Assembly (NCBI RefSeq): GCF_001194135.2
Contig: NC_068992.1
Coordinates: forward strand, 42,084,997 to 42,141,131
DNA length: 56,135 nt
DNA from: Octopus bimaculoides
Taxonomy: Eukaryota
Reading direction: 5' to 3'
Shown here in pieces: positions 11,804 to 24,970 of this stretch. Made by a program: the position numbers and the translations under genes. Positions within the stretch are counted from its first letter, which is position 1. Each line of letters starts with the position of its first letter. The notes below the pieces were generated by a model. That model ran no database searches. It saw only the letters and a list, made by a program, of their open reading frames with translations, and was not told where the DNA came from.

Positions 11804-12859
11804 GTTTGAAAGAAATAATATAATGAATATACTATAGAAAATATTGTAATGAAGATAAACATTGAGGCAGCACTTACTAACATTACACTGTTACTATACT
11901 CAATAGAAATTCCAATTCTATGGCAACTTGAGGTAGTAGCTGCATGATAAAGGAAGAACTCGATTAGCATAGGTTTTGAAGTATTTATCAATGCTCTATT
12001 ATATGTCGGCTTCAGTATAATTTCCGATAAAACAGATGTGTATGAGAAGTGAAGGTATTAAACTATATAAGTAACTGGTAAAATTGGACTCATTAATCTT
12101 TAGCTTGTAACAGCGAAATAGCAGGCTTGATCTAATAGGTATAACATATTGATAGAGTCCAAATTAAGTTTGACAGTGGCCAGTAAATAGGTATCTGTAT
12201 AGCGCAACTGTGATTAAATCATGGAAGCGGAATTTATCAGCCAACAGGTCAAAATTGAATAAGACAAGAAAGATGTTAGGACACGGTGCTGGATATTTAT
12301 TATCGAAGTGAAGAAACTGTGGAATGTAGAATATTTTTATATTTCCTATTTCACTTCAGCTAAATCATGAATAATTTAATTAGGACATGCTAGCTTAGGG
12401 TATCATTACGCAAATTGTTTAGTAAGGAACGGTAATAGAATGCTGGTGTTGTAGTCACATTCTATATATTTCACTCTAGCAATGCTGTCGTTTGTTATAT
12501 TGTAACTCTAACTACACTAACTGATTAAATATGGCTTTGACAAAGTTTACAACGATATTAGTTCCAATTACCTTCTCTCACCTTAAATATATTCATGTAA
12601 ATAATGACAGTATCGGCTACGTGACGAACAAAAGACCTTTCGAAGTGGAGTTGTGCATGTTTACTTCCTGCGTTTCAATCTTGCCATGATAAGATTTTCT
12701 TTCTTTCGTCCTTCCGAGCTCAATGAAATAAGTACCTGAGGTAGATCTGATAGATTTCACCAATCTTCTAAAATACAAAATCATTTGCTTCTATTAGACA
12801 TCTCTAATAAAAGGAGTCAATCAAAATCAGAGTGGTATATTTCCTTAAATATCAGTTTG

Positions 12860-13270
12860 TTTCAGTCACAACGACGTAGGAATTGTAATCATTGACGACA
12901 TGGCAAGTTTTAATTGTTGGCATCGGCTCGAGAACCTCAAACTTTATTCCTTTCAACGCCACCGTAAGTGCTATATCATTTGTATGATGGGGAACATATT
13001 CCAACAGCATTTCCCAAATGATGATGGCATCAACTTTAAAATACACCTAAGGATTGGTCTCCATACCTTCCATACTCTACAAAAATTATACTTACGTCAC
13101 TTCACAGCACTTCATCTCAACTGGCCCGAATCCTTTTAAGGAAGAAAAATATCTCATAGTATTCAGATGCTTACTGGATGTATACCACCAAGAAACTCCA
13201 GATAAATCAACTGGATATATCCTTGCAAACAATAACTTTTTCGCCGAATGGGTTATGATGCCAGAATATG
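12860..13270 (+). mobile_element. CR1/L2-group LINE, decayed 3' ORF2 fragment
   Basis: FNCWHRLENLKLYSFQRHRKCYII matches the YW.RL..LKLYSLQRRRERY motif, then frameshifted ...ETPDKSTGYILANNNFFAEW. Confidence 0.75.
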
Positions 13271-14680
13271 ACTGTTATATGAAGCATCATTAAATGTTTT
13301 TTCCAAGTGGTGCCACTTAGTTAGTCGTGGTTTGGCCCATTGAGGCCGAAACCTATCAATGTATCTAAGTGTCTAAGTACGCAAACAGGGAAGGATTGAA
13401 ATCATTTTTGCTCAGGATGATTAAAGATAAGTTGTTTCGTAGTAAGAGTATTATGTGTATGTCAATTCCAAGTCACTACCGATAAACTAGTTTGTTTTCA
13501 TACAGAAGCCTAAATGAAGTATTTTTAGCCAACTCTTAGAATATATCTTTCTAGTGCAATCGTTTAAATATAATTTGCATTTGAAATAGCCAAGAAGAAA
13601 AGGAAAAATACTTCGTGAGACATTGAATATGTCTTGGGAATGTGAAGTAACTACAGGATACATTATGTCGTGGTAAATACAGGTGACATTAATATCATGA
13701 GGACTGCAGAAAATATTAGTGTGTTAGCAACAATATTAGCGTTTTAGCAACAAGTGAAAACTAGAAAACACTACAGTAATGACCACTGAAGGATATATTA
13801 ATATCAGGCCAAATATAAGAGATAGGAACCTCGTGACAACGATAACATACAAGGATATGTCAGAGGATATAAGAGTCACTAACCGAATTTATATAACTAA
13901 AGTGATATTATCCCAGTATGTGATATATGTGAGTCGTTCCAACCAGAAGCTGCAATCAGGTGGTGTTGAAATTAATATAGCGTCTTTTATGAGATATTTA
14001 TATTGGGATGACTATAGGATACATTAATATAACAGTATGCATAGGAGATAATACTTTCATGGCGATATAGATGACATTATGAGCGTGGAACAATAGAAAA
14101 CAGAAAAACCATTGCCATGACGACACATTGATATTGCGGTAATAATTAAAATAAGATTCAGTTAGTCCTCAGTTGTAAGCAGGTGTTCCTTGGTTAAGTG
14201 TACGATACTTTTGCTAATTTTTAGGTGCTTATATTGTCAAGACATGATGTGTATAAAGTATTAGCTCCACCTCACACATGGTACAGTAGAACATCTAGGA
14301 TATAACAGTTGTAGATTGAGAGGGTTACACCAACGCACAATTGATACTCATTACGGCTGAGTTGAGTGAGCAATATGATGTGAAGTTCCAATTATTGAAC
14401 TTGTGATCCTGAACACGGAATTCAAATCACCTGACCACGTTTCTTCAGATTGTAATGATTACGAGAGCCAATAATTTCACGCCAACAGAGACCACTCTGG
14501 AACATATTAATATAGTGGAAATATATGTAAAATTTGGATGATTTTACCTCAACTTTGAGAGTCTCCCACATGTACATGCCACACCGCATTCTCCCTTAAA
14601 CGTTTCCTCTTTTTAAAATCAATGGCACCTTCTCATTATTTTAAAAATATTTTTCCCACCACATTTTCTCATTCGTTTAT

Positions 14681-14716
14681 TTTTCTGATAAAGGACTAGC
14701 GTCGGAAACGTCAGGA
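14681..14716 (+). ncRNA. Degenerate minimal type I hammerhead-like motif (Penelope-terminus type)
   Basis: tttt-CTGATAA-a-ggac-tagc-gtcg-GAAA-cg-TC-agga; correct spacing, but G8>A and the stem II base pair is broken. Confidence 0.5.
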
Positions 14717-14832
14717 CATTTTCACTTCTTTTAAAGCATTGACCAAATGCAAGATGTGCTAAAGCTTGTTCTTCCCGTGTTTTCTACTTTATGCACTCAT
14801 TGCATGGCAAATTGCAGCCTTACATTATTGCA

Positions 14833-14930
14833 ATATATAGAATGAGACTAAAAGATTTATATAGAAATATATAGAATGAGACTAAAAGATTTATATAGGA
14901 ATATGTAGAATGACATTAAAAGATTTTATG
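14833..14930. repeat. 34-bp tandem repeat, about 2.9 copies
   Basis: Unit atatatagaatgagactaaaagatttatatagaa at 14833, 14867 and 14901. Confidence 0.9.
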
Positions 14931-15803
14931 ACTGGTTCTAGTTGCGTTGACGTATGGAAAAATATATTTCGAACGTTCTGGCCATGTGGCAGAGGAATGG
15001 CAGGCATAATTACAAAAATGGTTGACTGAAAATGTGCTAGAAACAAGGCATGGTGGTTTAACATGCGCCAGCAGTGCATTTTATTTCGATATTATTATAA
15101 AATGTAATATAACATACTTCCATAGCAACGAAAATAAGTAGATTAATAAATATTGAAGAATTTTCTACGGGGATGATGAAAAATAATATGTCTACCATCT
15201 ACCTTCATATTGAAATAAAATAAATATTTGTCTTTCTTAAAAAGAAAACCATGAACTCATTCAATGTATCTGCTTGCAGCTTTCTTGTAATCCTGCAGCT
15301 GTGTCATTTATATCCGGTTAAACCTTTTGTCTGCAGAAAAGAACAGTTAATTTTGTCTAGTTTATTCATGTTGAATTGCAATTTACATTGTTAGTTTGTC
15401 TTTTCCTTTATTGTTTAACATAAAAAAACAACAACAATAAAGCTATCATACCCATATTTGTTTGGATGCTGAATAAACATTCGAAATAGACCCAACAAAA
15501 GAACGAATAGATTTGAAGTGATTTCTTCTTAAGTGGAATGGAAATGTTGTTGTCAGAGATTTGAAAGAATGCTTGTGTTGATGTGGCTTTCTCAGATATA
15601 TTTTGTACGTAATATGTATATAATATCCAATGTAAATCCTTATAAATATATGCATGCATATACATGCATACATATGTATGCAATATATATATATGCTTGT
15701 GTGTGTGTGTGTATGAATGTATATATGTATCTATGTACGTATATATATATATATGTATATATACATATACATACATACATATATACATATGTATATATGT
15801 ATG

Positions 15804-15851
<48 letters not shown>

Positions 15852-18800
15852 CTTAGACCAGTAGCTCAAAATCCTTTACCGGTGTTTATAACAGATATGA
15901 CAATGTCTTGTGCACTTCATTTTCTCTATCACTCTAAACGTTATTAGATTTGGAATAGATGTATGTATAGCATTCATAGTATACATGAAAATAGAGAACG
16001 GCACTAGCTGTAATATTTTCTCTCGGAATTTCTCAAAGTGACGTGTGAATATAGATAAATCGCTCAGAGAATTGTGGGTGGATCGTAAGATGTCATTGAT
16101 TCGACTTCATTTCGTCCCTTAAGTGCGATATAGCCACAAATATTTTGAGCTAAGGTGAAAAACTATATGCCGGAATATAATCAGCGCTACACGTAGCATT
16201 CAGTCTTGTGTGTGAAAATGCCTAGTCTAGAATGAGCGTAATATACGCACTTAAAACAATTTTTTTTAGTGCCGTTTTATGGTTATATATACATTATGAA
16301 TCAGCGTATTAATATGACGACGCTAGAGAACATAGGCACTAAGTTGGTGCACATACAAATCTATTTTGTAAAATCAAACTTCTTAATAGTAATAAGTACC
16401 CTAGTAATATATCAGTTTTCTAGAATGTTAAATTCTAGTGAATATGAATGAAGTGAGATGGACAAAGAATCAAATTTGTATACAAATCGTTATTCTATTT
16501 TCTCCATTGTCTCTAATGATTGTTCGGAACTATTTCTACTCCATATTCATTGCTTGCCCTTTTTACATGAACCTTTGTTAATCTCATTAACACCCAAACC
16601 CTCTGTGTTCACCCTGTATCTACATTATATATTCACAAACACACCATGATGTGTTATATTTTCCTTGTATCTTTCCAGTGCTGGCCGTTCGGTGTAAAGA
16701 GAAACTGCGTTGGTTGTTTATAGGAGAAATATATTATCGTACAAATATATTGAAATTAAGTACTTCATCCGTTGATATGTTTAACATTTACTTTTTAAAA
16801 ATGTAGTGGAACCGTTAACATTTATGTTGTAACACCTTTCGTTTGGAGTAGTTCAATTTAATAATTAAGATACGTCGTATCGTGGTGTATTAGTATAGGC
16901 GTAATGCTTTAATGTTTATATATGCCATACATAGCAGTGAATTGGAGAATAAATAGGATGTGGTCAATGTTGGGAACAGCTTTGATCACATATCAGTTCA
17001 ATCAGGATTGACCTCCTATTAATCTATATGATAAGACACAATCAACATGTGAGGATGATTGTTCACAAGGGACATTCATTATTAGCGATATATACTGAGT
17101 GCAGCTTCATATCTTTAATTATATTTTGGTATTAATCCCCATGTTAAAAAGTAAAATTAGAATGACAAATGCAGCGTGTTCTTAGTCAGACTTTAATATT
17201 TTCTGATCAGAAATAGAAGCTTACCTGTCGGTTACACTAAACACGTTTTTCTTTTAAATCATAGAAATATTTCTGTGTTTCTTATTTGTATGTCAGCTAT
17301 GTTTAAAAAGAATGAAGATTTCTTGCAGTCCTTGACTATAGTGCATTTTATTTATCCTTTGTGGTAAAGTGCCCGGTAGCTATAAATACACCTTAATACA
17401 GTTCTTACAACTGCTGCAGCAAAACTAAACTATTCTATGAAAATCAACTTCTATGTTCTGTTAAATTCCTAGTGATACGTTCTTGAGGATCAAAAACGTT
17501 CTATCACATTGTGGAAATTAGATGGTGAATATGAGCGAGAGAGAGAAAGAGAGAGTCAAAGAGAGAGAGAGAGAGAGAGAGAAACAGGCAGACAGACAAA
17601 CAAAGAGAAAGAAAGGGAGAAATTGTGCAGCAAGACAAACGACGAAGCTGGAGTAAATAAATGAGAATTGTTAATCAAGACTGAAGGCAAAATAGAAGCA
17701 ATTGATAGGCAAGATTATTTTGCACAAACCAGAATGAGGAAACAGGATTGAAGAGAAAGCATAACTGAAGAGAATAAACAAAATTTCCTAGAAATTGCAC
17801 AAAGGATTCGAAGGAAATGACAGGATGTCATTACCGAATGGAAAAATGTTTATGGCTGTCTCTGTACCACAAAATTGGCTGTCGAATTTCTATGGGTACT
17901 TCTAGTGAAATAATGAACATTTATACCGTTCTGATCATTCGAGACTTTAATATTTCTGAACTATATTTTTTCTCACGGATGAACAGCTTTGTAGCTAGGA
18001 ATCAGAAAAATAATTCAAATAATTCAAGAATATGTATTTGTTTGAGGGCCTCATTACACTATTTTAAGCTATCGGATTCCAGACGAGGCGAAACTGAGAG
18101 AAATGACATCACTTAAGATTGGAATACTATTTTAAATATGTCATGTATAGATCGCCGAAAACAGGATCTGCAAATACATAGCATGTATTATATATGTATA
18201 TACACATGTAGGTATAAACACATATATACACACACACATAAGCGCAGATAACATCTTTGCAAATGGCTTTGAGAAATACGTGGGTATATGTACAATACAA
18301 TGTAAAACGTTTACAATCACAGACTCTGATACTAAGTGAAGGCTGGCATCATGCTCCACACATCATACTGAAAAAATACTGATTAAATATTGCAGTGTAT
18401 GAGGATTTCGAAATGTTCGCTTTCTAATATATAATCATTTATTTCTTAAGTAGAGAAAGGACAAAAAACAAAAAACAAAAAAAGTGAATTAAATAATCAG
18501 ATGTATGTGTTTATTTTAACAGATTTCTGTAAAAAAAAAAATAATTTCCTTAAATTTTACGTTTTTGTGAAAACAAATAAAATGTGATATTAGAATAATT
18601 ATAAATAGGATTACTTTTACACAAATCAGAAGGAAAACAACCATTTGCGTTCATTAGTAAAACAGGTTTATATTGTTCTTTTGTTTTGAAACGGGAAGTT
18701 TGGTTTGAGAAAAATGCATACCCTGCATGTCAAATAATTAGTGAATGACTTGTTATTATTAACTTTCCAAAGTTTAACTGTCTCGTTTAATTCGTTTTAC

Positions 18801-19347
18801 AATGCAATGAACAAAAGTGGTCGCTGAAAATTGCACTCGTTGTTCCTTTGATGGGAAGCTAGTATAAATTAAAATCCATATTAGCAAAGAACATATTTGA
18901 TGGACATAAAAATAATTATCTGTCAGGATTTAGCCGTCTTGGTTGTAAATCAGATGAAGAATGTGGATAACTATTTGACTCAATTGTTATTATTAAGTGC
19001 TTAAAATAACAGTTAATGGGAGATTAAAAAATATAATGAAAAACGTGGCACTATTGCGTAAACATTATTTTCATAGCACGTGTTAAAATCGCATTATGGT
19101 ACAGGCATTGGTTTCAGTATTTCACTTGATCAGAGCGACAAGGGATTGTCCGTGCTACATGGAGAAGATTAAACACCCACGCATGTTATTTTCTATTGCA
19201 CAGTTCAAGTTCGTTCCGTTCCCCGTCGTTATTTATAGATTTGGTCGATATACGTCAGTGAAAAACACCCGAGTAAACATGATTAAATACACATTTAAAT
19301 ACGTACAAATCTTATATACATAAAATACGTGCGTGTGTGTATGTTTG

Positions 19348-19392
<45 letters not shown>

Positions 19393-19651
19393 NNNNNNNN
19401 NNNNNNNNNNNNNNNNNNNNNNNNNNNNNNNNNNNNNNNNNNNNNNNNNNNNNNNNNNNNNNNNNNNNNNNNNNNNNNNNNNNNNNNNNNNNNNNNNNNN
19501 NNNNNNNNNNNNNNNNNNNNNNNNNNNNNNNNNNNNNNNNNNNNNNNNNNNNNNNNNNNNNNNNNNNNNNNNNNNNNNNNNNNNNNNNNNNNNNNNNNNN
19601 NNNNNNNNNNNNNNNNNNNNNNNNNNNNNNNNNNNNNNNNNNNNNNNNNNN

Positions 19652-19693
<42 letters not shown>

Positions 19694-20959
19694 TGCGGTT
19701 TCAATCGCCATTTCGTAAGTTGTTTTTTTATATTTATTCGTTTCCTCGGATTCATCAGTTCGTATTAAGAATAACTGTGGCTTTGAGCCGTTTTGACTCT
19801 TATTTCTAGCAATGTTGTGTACTATCTTTACCCTGATAACAAATATATATATACATACATACATACAGTCATGCATGTTCTAGTGTGATACTGTATTTTT
19901 TCCAGACTTTACATAACTATGTTAATAGAAAAGAACAGAAGATCAGACGAAATTAGAAAGTCTAAGAATTAACGCTCTATCAATGTATACACAATGTACA
20001 TGCAGAAAATACGTTTAGAGTGAAGGAAATAGTTCATGCTTTCTTCTCCAATCTTTACTTCTACTGAACTTAAAACAAACGTAAAGAATGTACTCAGAAT
20101 TCAATAAACTGCGAAAAAAATGCCGGTAAGCATTTCGCCTTGGGTGTCAACGGTTCTGCCAGCTGGTTACTTTAACATAAAGTAATAACGTAAACCAAAA
20201 TTCTGTATCAAGTACAATATTCTAAGAGTGGAACGTGGAACCAGCCTAACACTATGGTCAACTGTCGTCAAACCATTGTTTTGTTGAATCCCAGGCCAAT
20301 CTCAGTAAATAACTTTGACCATTCAAGCTATGAACAAGCAGTCTATTTTTCGGTATATTTAAGAAAATGTTCTCTATTATGTGCTTCAAAAGAGTTTGTC
20401 ATTTCAGGAAATTTTGCTGCCTTTTCAATTTGTCGGAACGATTACGCTGAATTACTTTGTGATTCTTAAATTCATGAATTCAATCAATATGTTGATAAAA
20501 GAATATAAAGAGCTAAACATGAAAGAACGGATTTTCATCAGAACTTACATGTGAGAGATTAGCTGTTGCATAATTCTAGAAAATAATTAATGAAAAGATA
20601 CCACACGTGATTTCAGCTTAGATACAGAACGTAAGCTTGCTTTTCAAAAAGAAACAAATCTTACAAAAGGGTTAAAATCTGTCTTTCCAAAGTATAACAG
20701 ATTTAGGAAGTATGCTAAACATGTAGAATTGACATTTCGGCAGTCTACAATTAACAGAAGCTATTAATAAAGTCAAAGAAATCTTCTGGCGCGTAATTTT
20801 TGAGCACACACACAAACACACACACACACATACACGCACAAAGAAAGAAAGAGAGAGGGAGGGATAGAAATAAAGAGAGAGAATTGGGGAAGAGAAAGAG
20901 AGGGTGAGAGGTAAAAAGAAGTTAGAAATGCACTTTCAGAAAATTGGTTAATAACCAAC

Positions 20960-23050
20960 GAAAGTAGTGATATATGGAATGTCATTGGCCCGGACCCTTT
21001 TTGTCTGAGCTAAATCATTAGAGGGTGTTTATCAGAGATTGTAACAGTTCCTTCTGTCTCATGGATATTGTTATCCATTGAAGCTGGCTGTCTGTGTTTA
21101 CGCTTAGCTGCTATCGTTTCTTAGTTTGTTCTGTTGATTTTAGAGTATTTCTGATTGTTTAGTACCATCGTGACGTCGGTCAATGTATTTGGGGAATTCA
21201 ATTGTTTATTTGCTGACGTCAAAATTGTTGGTTATCTCATTTATCCAGAGCAAACTATAGGCCAATACACAGATGACGTCATTAGTCAATTTGGAAGTTC
21301 CGTTTGTTTTTTGTTTGTTTATCAAATGATTTAATCGACGATTTCTGAGCAATTTGTCACAGTTTCGAATTTAATGCATGGACTACGATTTATTCATTTG
21401 CAGTCTATGTTTTTGAATAAATAACTATTCGTTTCTTGTCCGTAATCACTTTGTAGCTTTGTTTAAACAAAAACAAGACGCAAAGATAAAGTTAGTGTGG
21501 AAATTTTCTTTGCACATATATCTAAATAGAATCGGTTTTATATTAGAATCTCAATATTATTGCCTATGAATAGATGGTTTGTTTCCCAAAGTAATACTCG
21601 ATCATGAATGTAATCACCATTACAACCCCTATAATTAATATATTAAATCTCTTGACAAAGAGGTGAAGGGATTTGAATTCGTTAGATCTCTCTTATTTGA
21701 GGTTGATGCATGTTCCAAGGGTTGAAGCAGAAACATTTTGCACCATTTGGGTTCTTCTTTGGCGGGCCATTTGGCACTGGAAAGTGATTTCTTTAGGGAT
21801 TTTAGTTGCTTTTATTGCTTTTATCTGCTTAGAATGTTTCAAGTGTATTAGGCATCCCAGGATCTTCTTGCAATAATCAAATATCCTGAGAGATAATATG
21901 GTATGTTTCTGCACTCCTTGATCTGTGTGTTATGTAAGCTAGAATGTTTGGTTAACGGGACTAGCTGTTTGTTCTGTTAATTCTTAACGAAATGCTGTTT
22001 TGATACATCCAATTCCGTTAATAATACATTTTGTTATAATTCATTAAGTGCTATTTGCTTTCGTCTTTGGAATTTCTCATTCTGAATTTCAAAATCGGAA
22101 ATGAACGTGCACATTTAAAATCTGATCATTCTGGATCTTGAAACTCAGACTACATGGTATATTTGTTTTGGTGTGCTGTGAACAGAAGGAAGTGTAGAGT
22201 AAATATTGTTTTGAATCTGTCTGTATGAAGTGAATGTCGTTACGAAGTCTGTCATTTAGACAAATAATAAATCCAGGAAGAGTTGTTGATTTTGACTGTA
22301 TTCTGTTGTGAAGTGTATATTGTTTTTTATGCTATACGCCAGGTTTTGAAGCTATTGATAAGGTCACTACCGTAAATCTGAAAACTGACTAACAATCCAG
22401 GTAGCTTGTCACATTTTGTAGAAAGTATTCATTGAAGTTGATGCGGTACCATAATTATTATCAAACATATATTCCAACTACTAGGTATGCTATGATTAAA
22501 TTCGCATAAGTAAAAGTCAGCTTTGTTACCATTGCTGTCCTTGATTCTTATTTGTAGATGCAGCCATTTCAATTCGAAAAATATTGTAAGTTGAATCTAA
22601 TTCCTGCAGTAGTTAGTATATTTCTCTGTTCGGGTTAGGGATTCAGTAGGGAATTGTGAAAACCACAAGTCCATAGTCATGTGGGGGAGCAGTATATACA
22701 CATACCACATCAGATAATACAATAATGGTGTTTTGCTTAGCCCATTTTGTTCAGAAGGTGGATTAACAGAACCAAATCACAGGCTTGATCATATATCTTC
22801 ATATTTACTAGATCTGCGAGTCTCAAAGGCCGGCTACACTTGGCTTTAATTTATGGTTGTTTGGGGCTGGAAAGTTTATACATGTTCAGACTGAAAGTTT
22901 TTCGGAATCATTGAAGAATGCCGTATAAATTGCCGGATTAGGATTCAGATTTTCTACAGTAGTTACATTACTTTTGTATTGAACGTATTTTTGTGTAGAA
23001 GAATGATACTTTCTTGTTTCACAATACTTGACAACATACTTGTTTCTAAT
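20960..23050 (-). mobile_element. Penelope-like element, decayed RT and GIY-YIG endonuclease with 3' non-coding region
   Basis: Frameshifted minus-strand motifs in the correct order: SGNLYGIL, LSDVVCVYTAPPHDYG, RTAMVTKLTFTYANL, SYLDC (YLDD site), IHFTTEYSQNQQLFLD, TDSKQYLLY...HTKTNIP, then YII..GCNGDYI (GIY-YIG-like). Many stops. Confidence 0.8.
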
Positions 23051-24901
23051 ATGCAGCAAAAAACTTAAAACTCAGAGGGACGGCTGATCGATTCATGCAA
23101 GCTTATTGCATGAATAAGAGGGGCATTATTTTATCAGTCACGAAAAAAGGAAATGCAAAATTGATATAATCGATGTTTGAAATTAGACAAAATGCTTGTC
23201 AAAATGCTTGTCAGACATTTGACAAAATGCTTGTCAAACATTTTTTTATCTACGGGTGTTTTTGATTACTCTTTTATTTTTCTAGACCCTCACAGCCATT
23301 TGCTTTTTAAGAACTAGTGTTGTAAATACTTCTTTCAAAATTCTCATTGTGTCTTGCATATTAATTTATGTTGGTGGAACTATATAAATCTTTAGAGAAA
23401 AAAAACCAAGCTGTTGTTTGCAATAAATATATCTAAAAGCAAAAGTTTTTCACCTTTAAAATAGATCTGTGAATTCCAATTTATGTTTTCGTCTTACGCG
23501 AAACCATCCAAAAATCTTATATTAACCCCAAGGAGACACATGGACACCGGTTGAAGAGCACTGACTTAGAACGTTAAGAGACACAACACATACTGCAAAG
23601 CAATTTGTCCAACACTCTAACGATTCTACCAGCCCACTACATTAAAGGCCTTTTATTTAAACGTTGGATACAATCAGCGCCCTCTAACGCACACTAAAGA
23701 AACAATAAGTGTTAATTCATTTGGAATCTTCCAAGACTGCATTTATAGATAAAATCTTAGTCTCATATTATCGCAAGCGTTGCTATGTGGTAAGACGTTT
23801 GGTTCACAACCACAAGTTTCCGGGTTCATTTCACTGCGTGATACCTTGGCCAAGTGTCTCTTAACATGTGGTGTAGGTGTGTATTCTAACACACCAGTGT
23901 AGGTGTGTTTACCTGCCTGTTAGACGCTCGGCAAACGATTACGATAGAATAAGCACCAGGCTTGAAATATATGAACTAGGTTTAATTATATTTTTGATTA
24001 TAGTATATACACCACTACAGATCCACGTCCGCCCGCGCACATACGAACCCACATAGANNNNNNNNNNTATGGTGGCAGAGACAGGCTGACATTCAGACAG
24101 ACGAGCGATAGCTGGTTGAAGAAAATCGGTGTGTCACGTGCCCAAATCTGTTTGCTATTTCGTTTATATCAATTTTATTTTATCCATAAAATAATTAGCA
24201 TACAAATTGCTGGGTGCATAACATCAACACAACTCACGACGGCAGTGCTCCAGCATGACAGCTCTCCAGATGCTGAAATACAGCAGGATGATATAAGAAA
24301 TAAAAATAGTAACACGCAGTGTATAATGTGTCTGTTTTCAAAATTATATGTATGGTTCTCTTTATTAAGGGGCAGGTTTGATTTTTGTCTTGTAGTTGAA
24401 AATATAAAATATAATAGTTTCTTCGTCGCTAATTAGTCTAATGATTACAGATGCTATAGAAAAGCATCTCTAACCCCAATGCAATTATGTAATTTGTTAG
24501 AATTAATTGTATTAATGTTGTTTACTTGATTAATTAATTTATGAACATTTCACTGATTATTTTTTGTCTAATTAGTTTAATATCTCCATGAACTGTTTAA
24601 AAAGAATTTACTAACGATGTTACATATTGAAATCGATTCGTTGTTTAATTAAATCAGGACAGGAACTTCTTCGATTTAACAACCTATATTCATGTCAAAT
24701 TAGAAATCGATAGTTATCATCTATATATTATCCATTTATAGCGCATGCGTAAAGAAAAGGATCTAGTAAACGTTTGGTGAGGAAGTATGAGTCGGGTATG
24801 AGTCGGGTAGGAAAAAGGGTGGATCAATGCGTGGAATTCAAAATATCGAGTTAGACGTTTGTTCAAAGATTTTGTAAAGTTATGTCTAAAATTGGAGTCT
24901 G

Positions 24902-24902
<1 letters not shown>

Positions 24903-24967
<65 letters not shown>
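24903..24967. repeat. (TA)n microsatellite
   Basis: Direct reading. Confidence 0.95.

Positions 24968-24970
<3 letters not shown>

Noticed and set aside
17817-18116. 99-aa ORF with LIIRDFN resembling the APE GDFN motif
   Set aside because: It is a single imperfect motif with no other endonuclease motifs nearby.
20254-20469. Possible coding-like segment next to the Penelope element
   Set aside because: Every minus frame has stops and no motif is recognised on either strand.
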